This document shows positions 62,739-64,000 of a stretch of DNA of 64,000 bases, in pieces. This DNA comes from Octopus sinensis (lineage: Eukaryota). The translations under genes were made by a program, and so were the position numbers. Below the pieces are notes generated by a model. It ran no database searches, was not told the origin of the DNA, and saw only the letters and a list, made by a program, of their open reading frames with translations. The stretch lies in the NCBI RefSeq assembly GCF_006345805.1, contig NC_043000.1, positions 15,314,001-15,378,000 on the forward strand, in the 5' to 3' direction. How positions within the stretch are numbered: the first letter of the stretch is position 1; each line of letters starts with the position of its first letter.

Positions 62739-63273
62739 GGAAGAAACAGATAGTATAGGATAGTTCCAACTGGTATGCTTGGGTCATAGTTTTTTTTTTA
62801 TATGAGAGCTGACTTGACAACTACATACACACATACTGTACCATGACAACAACAAACAGCCTAATTAGCAGCTAAAAAAATAATACACATACCAGCAATT
62901 AATATAAATATTCAAATAAATAGAACAGAAATACGAGCAAGTTTACACTTTGTGAAGCAGAATATTGCTGCAGATATAAAGTAAGTGCACAAGATTTGAG
63001 AAAAATGAACAAAGAGTGAGAGTCCAGTAATTACTTTTCCTTACACATCTGTACAACTTTAAAAAAAACATTTATTGTTTAGTTATATTTCAAGCAAAAT
63101 AAACTAAATTATATACTGGCTAATAAGTATGTCAATAGAGTACCAGACAACCAGCCAAGAAGGTACTGCCTCATAGGTTATTGGCACTACATTGTTTCTT
63201 CCATTTTAACTGTAGATATAGTAGAATGATATATATATATATATATATATATATAGATAGATAGATAGATAGA

Positions 63274-63673
63274 TACTAGCAGTATCGCCCGGCGTTGCAC
63301 GGGTTTGTTTCGACCCTTTAGAATTGGAATTTTTGAAAAGTAAAAATTTTGCATTATGTAGCTTGTTATTCTCTTTAACTGAACATTTTTCTGGTTGAAA
63401 TACACCGAAAAATGGCTACACAGCAGTCAAAAAATCGTAAAAAAAAAAATCGGGATTTTCATAGATAAAAAGCACCTTTTTGATGTAAATAATTTTTGGT
63501 CTTAACATGGTCCGATTTGAATTTTTTCTTCTACGGAAAGAAGAGCAAGCCTTCTTCTATCATACTCTCAATTTTGGTCAACTTGCGCTGCAGGGTCTCA
63601 GAGGAGATGGTGTTAGTTGAAGGCTACCAAACCTGCCATACACAGACAACTTCAGCTTTATATATATATAGAT
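63274..63673 (+). mobile_element. Non-autonomous Helitron/Helentron-like element
   Basis: 5' actagcagtatcgcccggcgttgcacggg (subterminal hairpin-like) and 3' acagacaacttcagctttatatatatatagat, the terminal layout of DINE-1-like elements; no TSD seen. Confidence 0.55.
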
Positions 63674-63749
63674 ATTGTAGAATGGAAACAAAGTTCAACA
63701 GTAAAGAGGGAGAACACTATTAATTAGTAGCTGCTGCTGTCAGCTTTAA

Positions 63750-63969
63750 CTGTTTAGCATTCAGATTTCTTTGTCAAATGTAATGCGTATTTATTCACCT
63801 GGTTTTGAATTAGTCACACATTATGTTGTAGCTTCAAGATTTCAATGGTGTGTTTGGATATTTTTAGAATGACATTGTGGGCTAGGTGTAAGAGGCCAGA
63901 TCTGGCCAGTTTGAACATAAAATTGGTAGAATATTTGAGCTGGATATGGCCGGTTTAAATACTAAAGGG
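63750..63969. mobile_element. piggyBac-type MITE, same family as 40304-40514
   Basis: TTAA at both ends; 3' end ctaaaggg. Confidence 0.7.
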
Positions 63970-64000
63970 TTAAATACAATTTCTCCAGTGGATGTGACCG

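Overview
AT-rich, repeat-saturated eukaryotic DNA with no prokaryotic features; the repeat families point to an Octopus genome (inference). The only host gene found is calcineurin B (PPP3R1/CanB) on the minus strand. Five coding exons (52682-52721, 25948-26124, 18280-18339, 16138-16322, 12930-12977) splice in frame through GT-AG introns of about 26.6, 7.6, 2.0 and 3.2 kb and encode residues 2-170; the ATG-only first exon was not found and probably lies beyond 64000. A SINE-depleted tract (about 4.2-12.9 kb) may be a long 3' UTR. The introns hold three main interspersed families (tRNA-SINEs A and C, and RTE-LINE 3'-end family B), plus CR1 fragments, mariner/Tc1, piggyBac-type and 9-bp-TSD MITEs, a Helitron-like element, a decayed Academ-like (XPG nuclease plus Cys finger) transposon, a possible solo LTR, and large TA microsatellite blocks. 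The most striking observations are two short repeat families carrying Penelope-type minimal hammerhead ribozyme motifs (one a fold-back unit with back-to-back tRNA-like Pol III heads each pointing outward at a hammerhead, 3 copies; one with a variant CUGU-N-GA core, always in TA repeats, 3 copies) and a 113-bp near-perfect duplicate of a calcineurin B splice acceptor. Repeat coordinates were read by eye and are approximate to about 10-20 bp unless termini are quoted.
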